Source of the DNA: Octopus vulgaris
Taxonomy: Eukaryota
Length of the DNA: 64,000 nucleotides
Reading direction: 5' to 3'
NCBI GenBank assembly: GCA_951406725.2
Contig: OX597826.1
Location: 57,536,001 to 57,600,000 of the forward strand
The first letter of the stretch is position 1, and every line of letters starts with the position of its first letter. Both the position numbers and the translations under genes were made by a program. The notes beneath the pieces are model-generated. The model searched no databases. It was not told the DNA's origin and saw only the letters and a program-made list of their open reading frames with translations. Positions 43,825 through 56,366 of this stretch are shown here, piece by piece.

Positions 43825-44152
43825 CATGTGCGTGTGCATGCATGTGTGTGTGTACTGAGCTGGTCAAGGAAAATTATCCCAAAATTATTAATAAAACTCC
43901 TTTAAATGCTGAAATACCTAAGATGAGTTCTTAAGATTATTATCCTAAGTGGTTAATAAGCAAATAATAACATTATTACTACCTCCACTTTAGAAATAAA
44001 AACTCTTAATCCAATCTGGTATTATGTACATATTGATATACAAGCACCTGATAATGACTAGAGATAAAACCACTCAAAATACAGTGTAAATGTAGATATT
44101 GAAAACAATGTTTAATAGAATAAAGAAAGTTATAAACATAACATCTTTAATT

Positions 44153-44368
44153 ATCATCATCATCATTTAACGTCTGCTTTCCATGCTGGCATGGGTTGGA
44201 CGGTTCAACTGGGGTCTGGGAAGCCAGAAGGCTGCACCAGGCCCAGTCTGATCTGGCAATGTTTCTACAGCTGGATGCTCTTCCTAACACCAACCACTCC
44301 ATGAGTGTAGTGGGTGCTTTTTACGTGCCAGACAGGGCTGGCAGACGGCCACGATCGGATGGTGCTTT
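44153..44368 (-). mobile_element. Family C element
   Basis: (CAT)n-TTTAACGTCTGCTTTCCATGCTGGCATGGGTTGG tail, body, and one partly deleted tandem unit. Confidence 0.88.
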
Positions 44369-44396
44369 AATAAGGTAGTAATATATAAAGAAGTAT

Positions 44397-44595
44397 AAGG
44401 CAGTGAGCTGGCAGAATCATTAGCATGCCAAGCAAAATGCTTATCAGTACATTGTCTATGTTTAAATTCTGAGTTCAAATTTTGCCACGGTTGACTTTGC
44501 TTTTAATCCTTTTGGGGTTGATAAAGTAAGTACTAGTTGATTACTGGGGTAGCTGTATTGCATTTGACTTGCCCCTCCCTTGAAATTGATAGTCT
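44397..44595 (+). mobile_element. Old SINE family B-related copy (CpG-decayed)
   Basis: AGGCAGTGAGCTGGCAGAATCATTAGCATGCC...TTCTGAGTTCAAATTTTGCCACGGTTGACTTTGC; CpGs converted to TpG/CpA. Confidence 0.75.
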
Positions 44596-44599
44596 TGTA

Positions 44600-45028
44600 T
44601 TGGTTCAAAGCCTCATCAACTTTTTCAAGTTTCACTTGAAAAGGAAGATGAGGTTAGAGAGGAGAGTGCTGTCTGATAGCAAGTTTTCTGAAAGGTGGGT
44701 GAATTGTGCAAGAATGGCCAGTATAAATGGACCAATTCTGAGGTTTCGCCTGTAATTGGAAAAGGTATTATAAAAGGAGAAAGGGGCTCTCTACCCCACT
44801 TTTGACCAGGCTCTCGTGGCTTTTTTGGGTTTTTCCACGTGAGACCTCTTTTTTTTTTTGAAGCGTCTCCTCTATTGGGAGTTTTGTAAATTGTTAAATT
44901 TTTTCGTTGTTGTAAAGCTTGTTTACACGGACTTTTTTCTTTCGAAAAACAGACAGAACCTTTTGTCCTGTTTTGTCCCTTTATGTTTTTCCAATCATAT
45001 TTGTCAGCCCTTGTAGCCAATAAAAAGA

Positions 45029-45030
<2 letters not shown>
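44600..45030 (+). mobile_element. L1/Tx1-like LINE 3' end (ORF2 C-terminus and 3' UTR)
   Basis: Translation QSLINFFKFHLKRKMRLERRVLSDSKFSERWVNCARMASINGPILRFRL* (Tx1-like 'F..RW' terminus), followed by a T-rich UTR ending AGCCCTTGTAGCCAATAAAAAGAA before (TTA)n. Confidence 0.72.
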
Positions 45031-45070
<40 letters not shown>

Positions 45071-45876
45071 CATTGTTTTTAGCCACAAGTCAGATCTAAT
45101 CAAGCCAACTGATGATCAAAATTGTTCCATTAGTGAAAATCCTTTATTTTATTCATTTTTCATTTTTTATTTTTGAGTATAATGTATCTCAGGAATATAT
45201 TACACAATGTGTCACTCCATTCAGTGATGTTATTTGTGAAGGATTTTTTGCAGCCATTCCTAATGGCTAAACAACAATATAAAGACAGCCTCATCTGCTC
45301 ATATGCATACATGTGCGTGTGTAATGTATATATATATGTAATGACATGGCCATGCTTTAGAGTTAGAAAAATCACTAGCTGTATAAAAACTTGACCAAAA
45401 TTACCAAGAGATGAACTTTCGAGAAGTTTTCGTGCAAATACTAAACATATACAAATAAAAGAAATACAAAAAAAAACAAAAAAAACTTGATAGACTCTTT
45501 TCACACTTCAATCCTCAAGATGGTTGATATTGGCTTTTCTTTTATCATGGTTTCATCAACAACATCTCCAAAGTCTATGTTTTATGGTTATAGAATTTCC
45601 CCCCTATATATTTATTTATTTATGGTTAAACATTATAGTGACAGTGTATCTCTTAAATTATCAAACAATAACAAAGCGAACAACTTGTAAAGCGTCTAAA
45701 TTATAAAATAGAGCCATTGAGTCACCGACGGACAAAACGTGTTAGTTGTGAAACATGTGCATGTGTATGCACACCTACACACATAAATACACATTCACAC
45801 ATACAAATATGCATAACATATGCATGCACATTAATATATGTAAACAAATGCATATATGCTTACACAAGCATACATA

Positions 45877-45906
<30 letters not shown>

Positions 45907-45919
<13 letters not shown>

Positions 45920-46218
45920 TTCGAGACAAAACCACTATTTTGCAAAACAAACAAGGAAAGACTTAATCAATACATAAAAATTTTTAATATAAAGAAATAA
46001 ACTGCCACTACAATCGTTTCATGTCTTCAATGACATTCGTCAGGTGGATTTTCGATCTCCTAATCTGTTTTAATACATGAAGTTTTCCTGTTTGTTTTGC
46101 AAAATAGTGGTTTTGTCTCGAATTAATATTATATAATATTTTACTATAAAATTGGATTTAATCCTAAATCTGATTTTTCCCTGTAAATTTGGATTTATTC
46201 CCTAATATTTATTATTAT
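45907..46218 (-). mobile_element. Penelope-like (pLTR) remnant with inverted arms, in (TA)n
   Basis: ~55 bp inverted arms at 45907-45963 and 46081-46135 enclose a hammerhead motif; (TA)n on both sides. Confidence 0.7.
46005..46047 (-). ncRNA. Minimal type I hammerhead ribozyme motif
   Basis: Minus strand reads CCAC-CUGACGA-AUGUC-auugaa-GACAU-GAAA-C-gauu-G-UA-GUGG: stem I CCAC/GUGG, core CUGANGA, 5-bp stem II, GAAA, minimal stem III and a GUA cleavage triplet. Confidence 0.85.
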
Positions 46219-46685
46219 TATATATATATATATATATATATATACAATATGGCTAAATGGTTAAGAAGCTCACTTCTTAATTTCAAGATCCAGAGATTGA
46301 TACTACAGCATGGCATCCTGTGGAAGTATCAATTATTCAGATCAACCTGTGTCTTGTGAGTGAAACTAGGCAGATAGAAATTGTGGGGAAGCCATTAGAT
46401 AGACTATATATGTAATTAAAAAAAAACAACAGCCTTGCAATCTACACAGAGCTACAGGTACAAACAGTGATGTATCATTTGCAGCACTGTTACATACAAT
46501 AATGTCATCATTTGTGGCTGAGCTTCAACCAGTAAAGATTGATGATATTTTCTACTATCAAATCACCTGCTAGCTCTGTGCTTTTGAATTCCTTTGGAAC
46601 AAAAAATTCTTTACTTGAAAAACAGGTAAGGGTTGATGATAGGAAGTACATCAGTCGGTAAAAATTAATGCTTCAAATTTATTAC

Positions 46686-46916
46686 CTATTTCTTTACTAC
46701 CCACAAGGGGCTAAACACAGAGAGGACAAACAAGGACAGACAGACAGATTAAGTCGATTATATCGACCCCCAGTGCGTAACTGGTACTTAATTTATCGAC
46801 CCCAAAAGGATGAAAGGCAAAGTCGACCTCGGCGGAATTTGAACTTAGAACGTAACAACAAACGAAATACTGATAAGCATTTCGCCCGGCGTGCTAATGC
46901 TTCTGCCAGCTCGCCG
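46686..46916 (-). mobile_element. SINE family B (full length)
   Basis: Full head to tail; TSD GCTTCAAATTTATTACC on both sides. Confidence 0.94.
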
Positions 46917-47649
46917 CTTCAAATTTATTACCGTCTAACCCATGCTAGCATGGAATAATAGTCATTAAATGGTGCTCCAACTAACTCTTATCTAACCCAT
47001 GCAAGCATGATAAAGTAGACGTTAAACCAACTATGTTTCTGCCAATGATGATCTTGATGATACACACACACATTAAAGTTTAACTTTACAAATGTATAAC
47101 TTAAAACACATTTATACAGACACATGCTTTAATAATTTGAGTGCTTCAGAAGCACATATAACTAAAATGAATTACAATGCTGATAAACAAATTTAAATTC
47201 TTCATTGTAAATGAAATGAAGTCAATCTTACCAACCAATTAAGACCTGCAGTATTTTGAAATACCTAGAGAAGCATGATACAGATTCTGCTAAATTAAAC
47301 TGGTATAACAATGCATTTCCTCAAGGGGTACTTTACTCACGTAGTTAGAAAAGCAAGCATCTAATCTCTGGGCATTTTCCCAGTCAAAACTGAATAATCA
47401 ATATTAATTTTGATGATGTGTCTGTACAGGTATAAATATATGAGATAAAGAGATACACACATATACACATACACACACAAGACATCTACAAAGTTACCTA
47501 CGTATCTTGTATTTAGGACCTAATTGTTTGCATTTAGAAGTTAGTTAAAAGCTATTGAGGATTTAACAGCTGGTAAAGCAGTAAATCATGGGAATAAATA
47601 AAACAAAACAATTGAAAAAAAACATAGTACATGTAACCAAACCATACTC

Positions 47650-47760
47650 AATCATAGGTGATGGCATCCCACATAAAGGAGCAATACTCCATTGTGAGTC
47701 CCACCAGCTTTGTAGAGAGCTAGTGGCTATTGGATGCATTTTCTGTCTCTGAAGATAACA
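47650..47760 (-). pseudogene. CR1/Jockey-group LINE RT-downstream fragment, decayed
   Basis: Minus translation LALYKA/VGLTMEYCSFMWDAI (one frameshift) resembles the LYKAxVRPxMEYCSxxW motif. Further decayed RT-like sequence may extend to about 48400. Confidence 0.55.
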
Positions 47761-49601
47761 TTCAATCTTCGAGATACATTCTTTACTAGCTTGAAGATCT
47801 GCATTTATTGGGAGAGATCTTCAATGATGGTGAAATCTTGCATTTGGCATAATTGTGAGGCTTCTAGTTGCATTCTGTTCATATTTAGTGGAACAAGGCA
47901 TGGGAAAGTTTTCTTGATACAAGCCATAATTGTTTCTTTTTTGCTATTGAAGGCTACCAGTCATCACAAAGGTACTTCCTCAAGAAATGCACTCCAAAGC
48001 TTACACCAAAGCTCTTTGTTTCCTACTTTTTCTCTCCCCACCCCCTCTCTCTGCAGGATATATCCTGGTCTTTGGAAACATGCTACAATGTGCTATTCCC
48101 AATAAGTAAAATCACTAGCTATGAACTCTCATCCTACCATACTCTCTTACAACTATTAACAATATAATTTTCCAATACCTTCAACTTCTCTCTCCTTTAT
48201 TACTACTTGTACAACTTTCATAATGCTAGATCTACAAGTGATCTACTCTCTTGTGTTATTTATCAATGAGCTCTTACCCTCAAGAAATCTTGTTATATAC
48301 CTCAGTTCTTGCTCTGGCATGAAAATCTCCCCTTAAAACTGTCTGCATTTGACTTTATCCATCTCTTGGATACAAATTGTAGAATATGTCTCCATGTGCA
48401 CTAAAAGTTCAAATCCTGTCTATGACCAGCTTTGTATTTCATGCTTCTCAAGCCCAAAAAAATAAGTAGCAGTAATACATGGTGGTCAACTGAATCAACA
48501 ATAATCATGGTAAACATACTGCTCGAAAGATTAGCATGAAACAGAATTGCTTTAAAAAATATATTTCCATACAGAGCATGGACATAAATACATAAGCATA
48601 TGGTATTTAGATTCCCTACCACTTCCATATCTATATCTAAATTCAGTACAAAAATTGAAAAAAATGTTGTATGTATACTCTCACTCACTAATGGAATCTG
48701 TCAGAATGAAATGAAATAGTCCATAACATAAGCTTCCATCTCTTGAAAGTGCTTGGTTCATTAACTTTCCCAAGGGGCCCACATTAATCTTCAAAGTACA
48801 TATTTGAAACCAAACACCTGACAAGGCCCAGCTACTAGTTAAACTCTACTGACCAAACATTTTCTCTCAACTCTATATAAATTGCAGTTCTAAGATTTTG
48901 GAAAAATTATAGTAGAAATTTTTAGTGTATTTATCCTTTGGTTTATCTATCAAATATTTACCAAGAACCATAATTGCATTTTTGAATTGTTTGAAGAAAT
49001 TATTGCTAAAATAAATATTTGAAAGAAAAAAAAATACTGAGAAATGTTGTATGGATAATAAATAAAAATAGAATTCTAAAAAAAATAAGTGAAAATTACA
49101 ATCCCCATTTATCATCAAGTAAAAAATTCCTTTGAGGAATCACTTGCAAAGAACCTTAAATAATATAACATTTTTCTTCTTTCCCTATTTTCCCAAAATA
49201 AATTTATCACTATCCCATATTTTTGTTGAGTTTCGACCAGGAGATCATTTTCTACCTCTCAGGAAGAAGAGGGGCTTTGATGGTTCTAAGATCAATTTTG
49301 CTAACCACAATGCTCTGAATGAATAAAATATAAAATAAAAATTTTTTAAAATAGACAAAAAATATCTATTTGATACACAAGGGAGATTCCCTGAAAACTA
49401 CAAAGGAACTTTACAGAAACCTGGTGATTAATCATTTTCAAGGTAAAAATAAAAAAATGAAAAAGTAAAAACGATAACAATACAACTATATACACATAGG
49501 TATAGAGGAAAAAAAAGGTAAATTTGTCTTTATTTATCCAGTTCCGGTGAAGTGATAAGAAAAATAGAGTTCAATAATGTAACACAGTTGTTTTACCTTT
49601 A

Positions 49602-49658
<57 letters not shown>

Positions 49659-50907
49659 CCCACATTTGTGCATGTTGCATGCGTGTGATGAAGAAAAACA
49701 AAAAAATAAATCAGAAACAATCAGTGAACATAGAGTTGGGGTGGATGTTTCTCAAATACAAATACAAAAGTATCTTTATTTAGAACATGAAAAAAAAAAT
49801 TGAAAAAAAAGAAGAAAAAAGGGGAGAAAAAAATGGTAGAATATTCTTTGGAACTGAAGGCTGATAAGAGAAAGAAACTAATCAGAATCTTCTATCTCAT
49901 AGATAGGCATACTGTGTGTGAATAGGTTATTTCAAAATAGACTGGATCAGTGTTGGGAAAAGAGAAGGTTGCAAAGAAAAAGACAAAATAAATATAAAAA
50001 TGCATTTTAAAAAAATAAAATAAAATAAAATAAATTCTGATTCATAAATGAGTACAAATTGACAGTTTTATTGTTGTTGTTGTTGTTGTTGTTGTTGCTT
50101 TGCTCTTTTATTCTGATGCTATGTTTTGTCCTTGGGTATGAAGAAATAAATACAGAAAGACCGAGAGAATGGAATATAAAAAAGGAATACAGAAAGAGCG
50201 AGAAAACCTATTTAATACTTGTTGAAAGCCAATAACAACAATGAGGTTTAGAAAAACTATCAAGTGAAACAACACGCTTGGTTGGCAGGTAGAGCTTGGC
50301 TTATGCTCTGTAGAGTTTAGTGACATTGATTAAAAGGTTAGATGCTGTTGAAATAACAAACAGCACAAATAGTAATCTAATAAAGATATTTAATGGACAA
50401 GCTAGAAGTGGACAATTTTAATTGAATTTCAATAATTGATAATGAAAATAATAACAATAATAACAACAATGGTGATGAGAATAATAGCAGAAAAAAATAT
50501 GAATAAATTTCTTCAACATTTTAGAGAGAAAATTCATGTAAAGATGGAAAAGTAAAAATTTGTATTTTAGGAAATTAAAGAAAAAAAAAGAAGATATATA
50601 TTAAATAAATATATATAATAATAGTAATAATCAAATTGAAAATGAAGAGAAGATTACCCCCTACCATCATCCCACTTACACTCACACACACACACAAAAG
50701 AGAAAATTAGGAAGAAAAAGTAATTATGTTATCAACTGAGTTTTAACTGTGATGTTTGACAAAAAAAAAGGAGCTTGCAAATCATTGTAACTGAACTGAA
50801 TCTGGAAAGAAGGGAGGGAGAAAAAGAATGGCACAGGGGATTCTCAGAGATAAAAGTAAGCAGTTTCAATCCTAGTCAACTTGGAATTGCCTTCCTTTAT
50901 TGCTTAA

Positions 50908-51535
50908 CCCTTTAGCATTTAAACTGTATCTGACCCAAATAGTTTACCTGTTTTCACTCAAATTGGCTATATCCGGTCTCTCACACCTACCCTTCAATGT
51001 TATCCTAAAAATAAACAACAGGAGTGGCTGTGTGGTAAGTAGCTTGCTAACCAACCACACGGTTCCGGGTTCAGTCCCACTGCGTGGCATCTTGGGCAAG
51101 TGTCTTCTGCTATAGCCTCGGGTCGACCAAAGCCTTGTGAGTGGATTTGGTAGACAGAAACTGAAAGAAGCCTGTCGTATATATGTATATATATATGTAT
51201 GTATATGTGTGTATATGTTTGTCTGTGTTTGTCCCTCTAGCATTGCTTGACAACCGATGCTGGTGTGTTTACATCCCTGTCACCTAGCGGTTCGGCAAAA
51301 CAGACCGATAGAATAAGTACTGAGCTTACAAAGAATAAGTCTCGGGGTCGATTTGCTCGACTAAAGGCGGTGCTCCAGCATGGCTGCAGTCAAATGACTG
51401 AAACAAGTAAAAGAGAAAAGAGTAAGAGTAATCACATTATTGAAACCTCAAAGCTACAAGATAATGCATGATATATTCAAAACAATGTGAATAAATAGGC
51501 ATTACATTTGATAGAGTAGTCTGAATGCTAAAAGG
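50908..51535. mobile_element. piggyBac-like MITE interrupted by SINE A
   Basis: TTAA|CCCTTTAGCATT ... AATGCTAAAAGG|TTAA: TIRs with a TTAA TSD. Confidence 0.8.
51019..51429 (+). mobile_element. SINE family A nested in the MITE
   Basis: CAGGAGTGGCTGTGTGG...GAAACAAGTAAAAGAGAAAAGAGT. Confidence 0.93.
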
Positions 51536-51860
51536 TTAAAATCCAAGGTATGGTTATGGTTTCTGAGATGTTTAGTTCAAATGTTTGCCAGATTTTACAG
51601 AAGGACTAAGGACAGCATTTTAGCCTCAGACCCAACCTTAGCTTCTTGGCAACAACTTGAAAAGATGTGTGAGTCTAGAGAGGGGGCTGCTACCATCTAG
51701 TAAACTTGCTGAAAGGCGGGTGAAAATAGTGAATGTTATATAGCTGTATAATTTCAATCTTAAATTTTGTTTGACCTATTTCACCCAAATGTTTATTCCC
51801 TTATTGGAGTAGGCATACATTCTATGCATTCTTTTTACTTGCTATAAACTCTACCAATAC

Positions 51861-52094
51861 CTATTACTTTACTACCCACAAGGGGCTAAACACAGAGGGG
51901 ACAAACAAGGACAGAAAAACGGATTAAGTCGATTATATTGATCCCAGTGCGTAACTGGTACTTATTTAATCGTCCCCGAAAGGATGAAAGGCGAAGTCGA
52001 CCTTGGCGGAATTTGAACTCAGAATGTAGCGGCAGATGATATACTGCTAAGCATTTCGCCTGGCATGCTAACGATTGTGCCAGCTCACCGCCCT
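51861..52094 (-). mobile_element. SINE family B (full length)
   Basis: Full head to tail; TSD TACCAATACC. Confidence 0.92.
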
Positions 52095-53572
52095 TACCAA
52101 TACCATTGTCCTGGTACCTTTCCACTTCCTCATTCATCATCACTGGGTTGATGGAACCAACTAACTCCACCTACTCCAAAACACCAAAATGTGAACCCAT
52201 TATCATTATTTAGAGAGCAATCTATGCCATCAAGGTAATACTGTGGTACAGATAAATGAAGTCTAATATATCCATCATGACTGCCTGTCTGATAAGGATA
52301 CACCAGGCGCATTTATCACAACCACATGTGTGCAACATTGTGATCTCTTATCGAGACAAATACTTTGCAGGTGAGGCCCAGTTAGAATTTTCTTCAGGTT
52401 GAGTAGCTCATACTGCTCAAAAGGTCTCTGAATAAGGTTCGTTTAAGGATGATGAATGAAATACCCATGTTTTCAGGGGTGAATTGTTCAAACCCTAAAG
52501 AATTCCTCTCAACACATGCTACCCCATTGCTTCTGCTCATGATTAGAGATACACATATTGTTAGCCACTAAGGGACATGCTCAAATGGTTAACATCAAGC
52601 AACTGACAAGTATATTTGTGTACCAAGTAGAATATTTGCTGTAGCCCATCTTTTATACCAAGACAAAACATGTACATGATAACAAATCCAATCAGTTAAG
52701 ATCAGAAGCCATGAGAGCTACTGCCTGGAGGTCAGTTATTCTGACCTCACTATTTCGTTGGTTTCTATAACAATGTTGGACGAAATACTCAATGGTATTT
52801 AGCTGGGTCCTTTTAATGTTCAGAGTTCAAATCTTACCAGACTCAACTTTGCCTTTCACATCCCTCTGTCAAAGATAATAGAATAAGTACTAGGATTGAT
52901 TTAACCCATTTTTGCCTCTGGTTCTATGATAGAAACTTTCTGTTTTAAAATTATCTAAATTAAAAACCTTCCATCAAAATCTTATGTTTATTTATGTTCC
53001 AAACACCAGCTTGACAATAACACAGTTATCTTACTAAATTCTTCGCTTGGTGCCCCAGCATGGCCGCGGCCTTTGGGCTAAAACATTTTAAAGGATTTTA
53101 AGAATTTTCAAATAAATTGGAATAAAGGTAGTTTATCTGTATCTACCCATCTTTCCATCTATTTCACTACCTGCTATTCTTAAGAGGGTTATGCTCCATG
53201 GGTCCTATCGAAATCAACCATGATTACACTTTCTTAATGTACTCCTAAATGTGACCAAAACTCTAAATATCATCCAACCATCACATTCTTGGTTTACTGC
53301 TAGCTCACCTGCCAGTTAGCCTACCTGGCAGTGTTTGTCTTGTGATGCTTTCCAGTTACATTCTAATCACATGATTGTAGTACCATCTGTAACCTCTCAA
53401 TGTAGAGAAGTAATGGCTCAATCTGGAGAGATTTCCCAATCTCTGAGTTATACACCCTCGCAGGAAGCATTACTCCAGAGGGTGTGATGATATTTTAACA
53501 GAAATACTGTAAAACAAAGGTTAATCAACTGCTTCCACTCCTATAAGACCTTGTGTCTGTATCAGAAATTTC

Positions 53573-53840
53573 ATGTGAGTGGATTTGGTAGACTGAAACT
53601 GAAAGAAGCCCGTCGTATATATGTATATATATGTGTGTGTGTGTGTGTGTTTGTGTGTCGGTGTTTGTCCTCACAACATCGCTTGAAACCGATACTGGTG
53701 TGTTTACGTCCCCGTAACTTAGTGGTTCAGCAAAAGAGACCGATAGAATAAGTCCTGGGGTCGATTTGCTCGACTAAAGGCGGTGCTCCAGCATGGCCAC
53801 AGTCAAATGACTGAAACAAGTAAAAAAGAGTAAAAAGAGT
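53573..53840 (+). mobile_element. SINE family A, 5'-truncated
   Basis: GTGAGTGGATTTGGTAGAC...GAAACAAGTAAAAAAGAGTAAAAAGAGT. Confidence 0.9.
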
Positions 53841-54692
53841 ATCCTCATCATTTTTGTTCCATTTTCACCTATTCAGATGTGCTTCTACTTGATTCATTAA
53901 ACTTAGATGTTTTTGTTTTTTCACCAAAAAAAAATTTCAGAAACACATTAAGCATCTCCCCACAGTGAAAAAAAAAACCAACAAAAAACCAAAAAAAAAA
54001 AACCAAAAAAAAGACCATAAGGTCTGTTAGTATTGGATAGAATTTGAAAATCATTTCATTTTCATTACATTTAGCTTAAGATGGGTTTCCTATCAGATTT
54101 CCTAGTTCAAATCCAGTCTAGTACTATCTACACATTATGGAATAAGACATTTGATGAAATTGTGAATATATAAAAAAAAAAAAAACGTCTTTCATCTCTA
54201 AAAATGAGGTTAATAGCATGAAAAAGAAACCAAAGAAAAAAAAAAAAAAAAGCAATTAAACTAGTATAAACAATAACTTATCTCAAACATTTAGATATTT
54301 AATTAATCCGAGCAGGATTTGAACTCAAATGACAGAAGGAGGAAAATTAAATATTATAGAACAGTCTTTTGTTTCTGTTTCTGCCAACTTGATGGACTAA
54401 AAGATAAATAAATGTGCCACAATAGAAAGATGCAGCAGTAGAAAGTATAGCAGCAGCAGAAGGTGCAGCAGTAGGTGCAGCAGTGATCAGTGGAAGACAA
54501 CACCAGATGAATACAGTGTAAGAACACATTAAAAGATATAATTCTCATAGAAATAATAACAGTCATTTCTTGTATAGGTGTCTGATTTATAGATAATAAA
54601 GGGAGAAAATGAGATAATGCGTTTCCAAAAGGTTTACTTTAAGTACAACCACCACCACTAATAATAATAATAATAGTTTCTTTTATTAGCCA

Positions 54693-54869
54693 TATAGGCG
54701 CAGGAGAGGCCGTGTGGTAAGTAGCTTGCTAACCAACCACATGGTTCGGGGGTTCAGTCCCAATGCGTGGCATCTTGAGCAAGTGTCTTCTGCTATAGCC
54801 CCGGGCCGACCAATGCCTTGTGAGTGGATTTGGTAGACGGAAACTGAAAAGAAGCCCGTCGTATATATG

Positions 54870-54906
<37 letters not shown>

Positions 54907-55113
54907 TTGTGTGTCTGTGTTTGTCCCCCTAGCATTGCTTGACAACCGATGCTTGGTGTGTTTACGTCCCCGTCACTTAGCGGTTCGGCAAAAGAGACCG
55001 ATAGAATAAGTACTGGGCTTACAAAGAATAAGTCCCGGGGTCGAGTTGCTTGACTAAAGGCGGTGCTCCAGCGTGGCCGCAGTCAAATGACTGAAACAAG
55101 TAAAAGAGTAAAA
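54693..55113 (+). mobile_element. SINE family A (full length)
   Basis: TATAGGCGCAGGAG...GAAACAAGTAAAAGAGTAAAAG. Confidence 0.93.
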
Positions 55114-55252
55114 GCGTATAGGTATAGATGAGAGGGACATCAGAAGAACAGAAAACAATTTATGTGGGGGTTTACATAAAGGTTAGTGAGAAAGAAATGG
55201 AAAAGACAAGTGAAATGTGATAAAAGTATGCATAGTATGCAAAGTATGTGAT

Positions 55253-55609
55253 ACGGTGGCACATAAAAAACACCATCCGATCGTGACTGTTTGCCAGCCT
55301 TGCCTGGCCCCGTGCCGGTGGCACATAAAAAGCACCATCCGATTGTGGCTGTTGCCAGCCTCGCCTGGCCCCCGTGCCGGTGGCACGTAAAAAGCACCAT
55401 CCGATTGTGACCGTTTGCCAGCCTCGTCTGGCACCTGTGCCGGTGGCACATAAAAAGCACCCACTACACTCATGGAGTGGTTGGTGTTAGGAAGGGCATC
55501 CAGCCGTAGAAACATTGCCAGATCAGACTGGGCCTGGTGCAGCCTTCTGGCTTCCCAGACCCCAGTTGCACCGTCCAACCCATGCCAGCATGGAAAGCGG
55601 ACGCTAAAC

Positions 55610-55651
<42 letters not shown>
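55253..55651 (+). mobile_element. Family C element with three 62-63 bp tandem units
   Basis: Units start at 55255, 55317 and 55379, and a fourth begins at 55442; body and (GAT)n tail follow. Confidence 0.9.
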
Positions 55652-55652
<1 letters not shown>

Positions 55653-55821
55653 CAGTCCTGATTCAGGAACAACTTCAAACTAAGGTCTCTCAAGTATGGG
55701 TCAATCAAGAACCCCACAGATCCAGGATTAACCTGACCATCAAAGGTACAAGGCTTCTCACCTGCACTCCAACCTACAGGTGTGTACTTAGAGTAGGGCC
55801 ATTCAGGCGGCAGCGGCAGCA

Positions 55822-55906
55822 GCAGTAGTAGTAGTAATGGTGGTGGTGGTAGTGGTGGTGGTGGTGGTGGTAGTAGTGGTAGTAGTGGTGTTGGTGTTGG
55901 TGGTGT

Positions 55907-55970
<64 letters not shown>

Positions 55971-56170
55971 GGTGGTGGTGGTGGTGGTAGTGTTGGTGGT
56001 GGTGTTGGTAGTGGTGGTGGTAGTAGTAGTAGTAGTAAGAGTAGTAGTAGTAGTAGTGGTGGTGATGGTGGTAGTGTTGTTGGTGGTGGTGGTAGTAGTA
56101 GTAGTAGTAAGAGTAGTAGTAGTAGTAGTGGTGGTGGTGGTGGTAGTAGTAGTAGCAGTAGCAGTAGTAG
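55822..56170. repeat. Compound (GTA)n/(GTG)n microsatellite
   Basis: Directly visible; source of the 224-aa Leu/Pro ORF. Confidence 0.97.
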
Positions 56171-56366
56171 ATATATGCGAGAATTAGTCATCATGTATTT
56201 CACATGTGCATTTCCCCAGTCTGCGTTACAATGCTGATAGTTTTTGTCAACTGTTAAAGAGGCAGTTATCAGATGCAAGGGGGATAACTTTTGCCTGCAT
56301 TAATAAGAAAAGACAAAACTGGTTACGGCTTTGCTTTTAATAGTTCGTCTGCTGTTTAATTTATAT

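Noticed and set aside
45700-45750. GAGCCATTG-AGTCAC-CGACGGAC-AAAACGTGTT, a possible decayed hammerhead
   Set aside because: No CUGANGA and GAAA is mutated; too degenerate to call.
52210-52730. Probable interspersed repeat or LINE remnant (also 7515-7900, 34140-34700, 57400-57950)
   Set aside because: Single copy in the window with no diagnostic motif or termini that I can verify.
55255-55460. CRISPR-like array
   Set aside because: Whole units repeat with no unique spacers, there are no cas genes, and the context is a eukaryotic retroelement.
55604-56278. 224-aa ORF and other long low-complexity ORFs (16761-17274, 32423-33017, 38357-39208, 60216-60744)
   Set aside because: Translations of microsatellites; no real coding signal.
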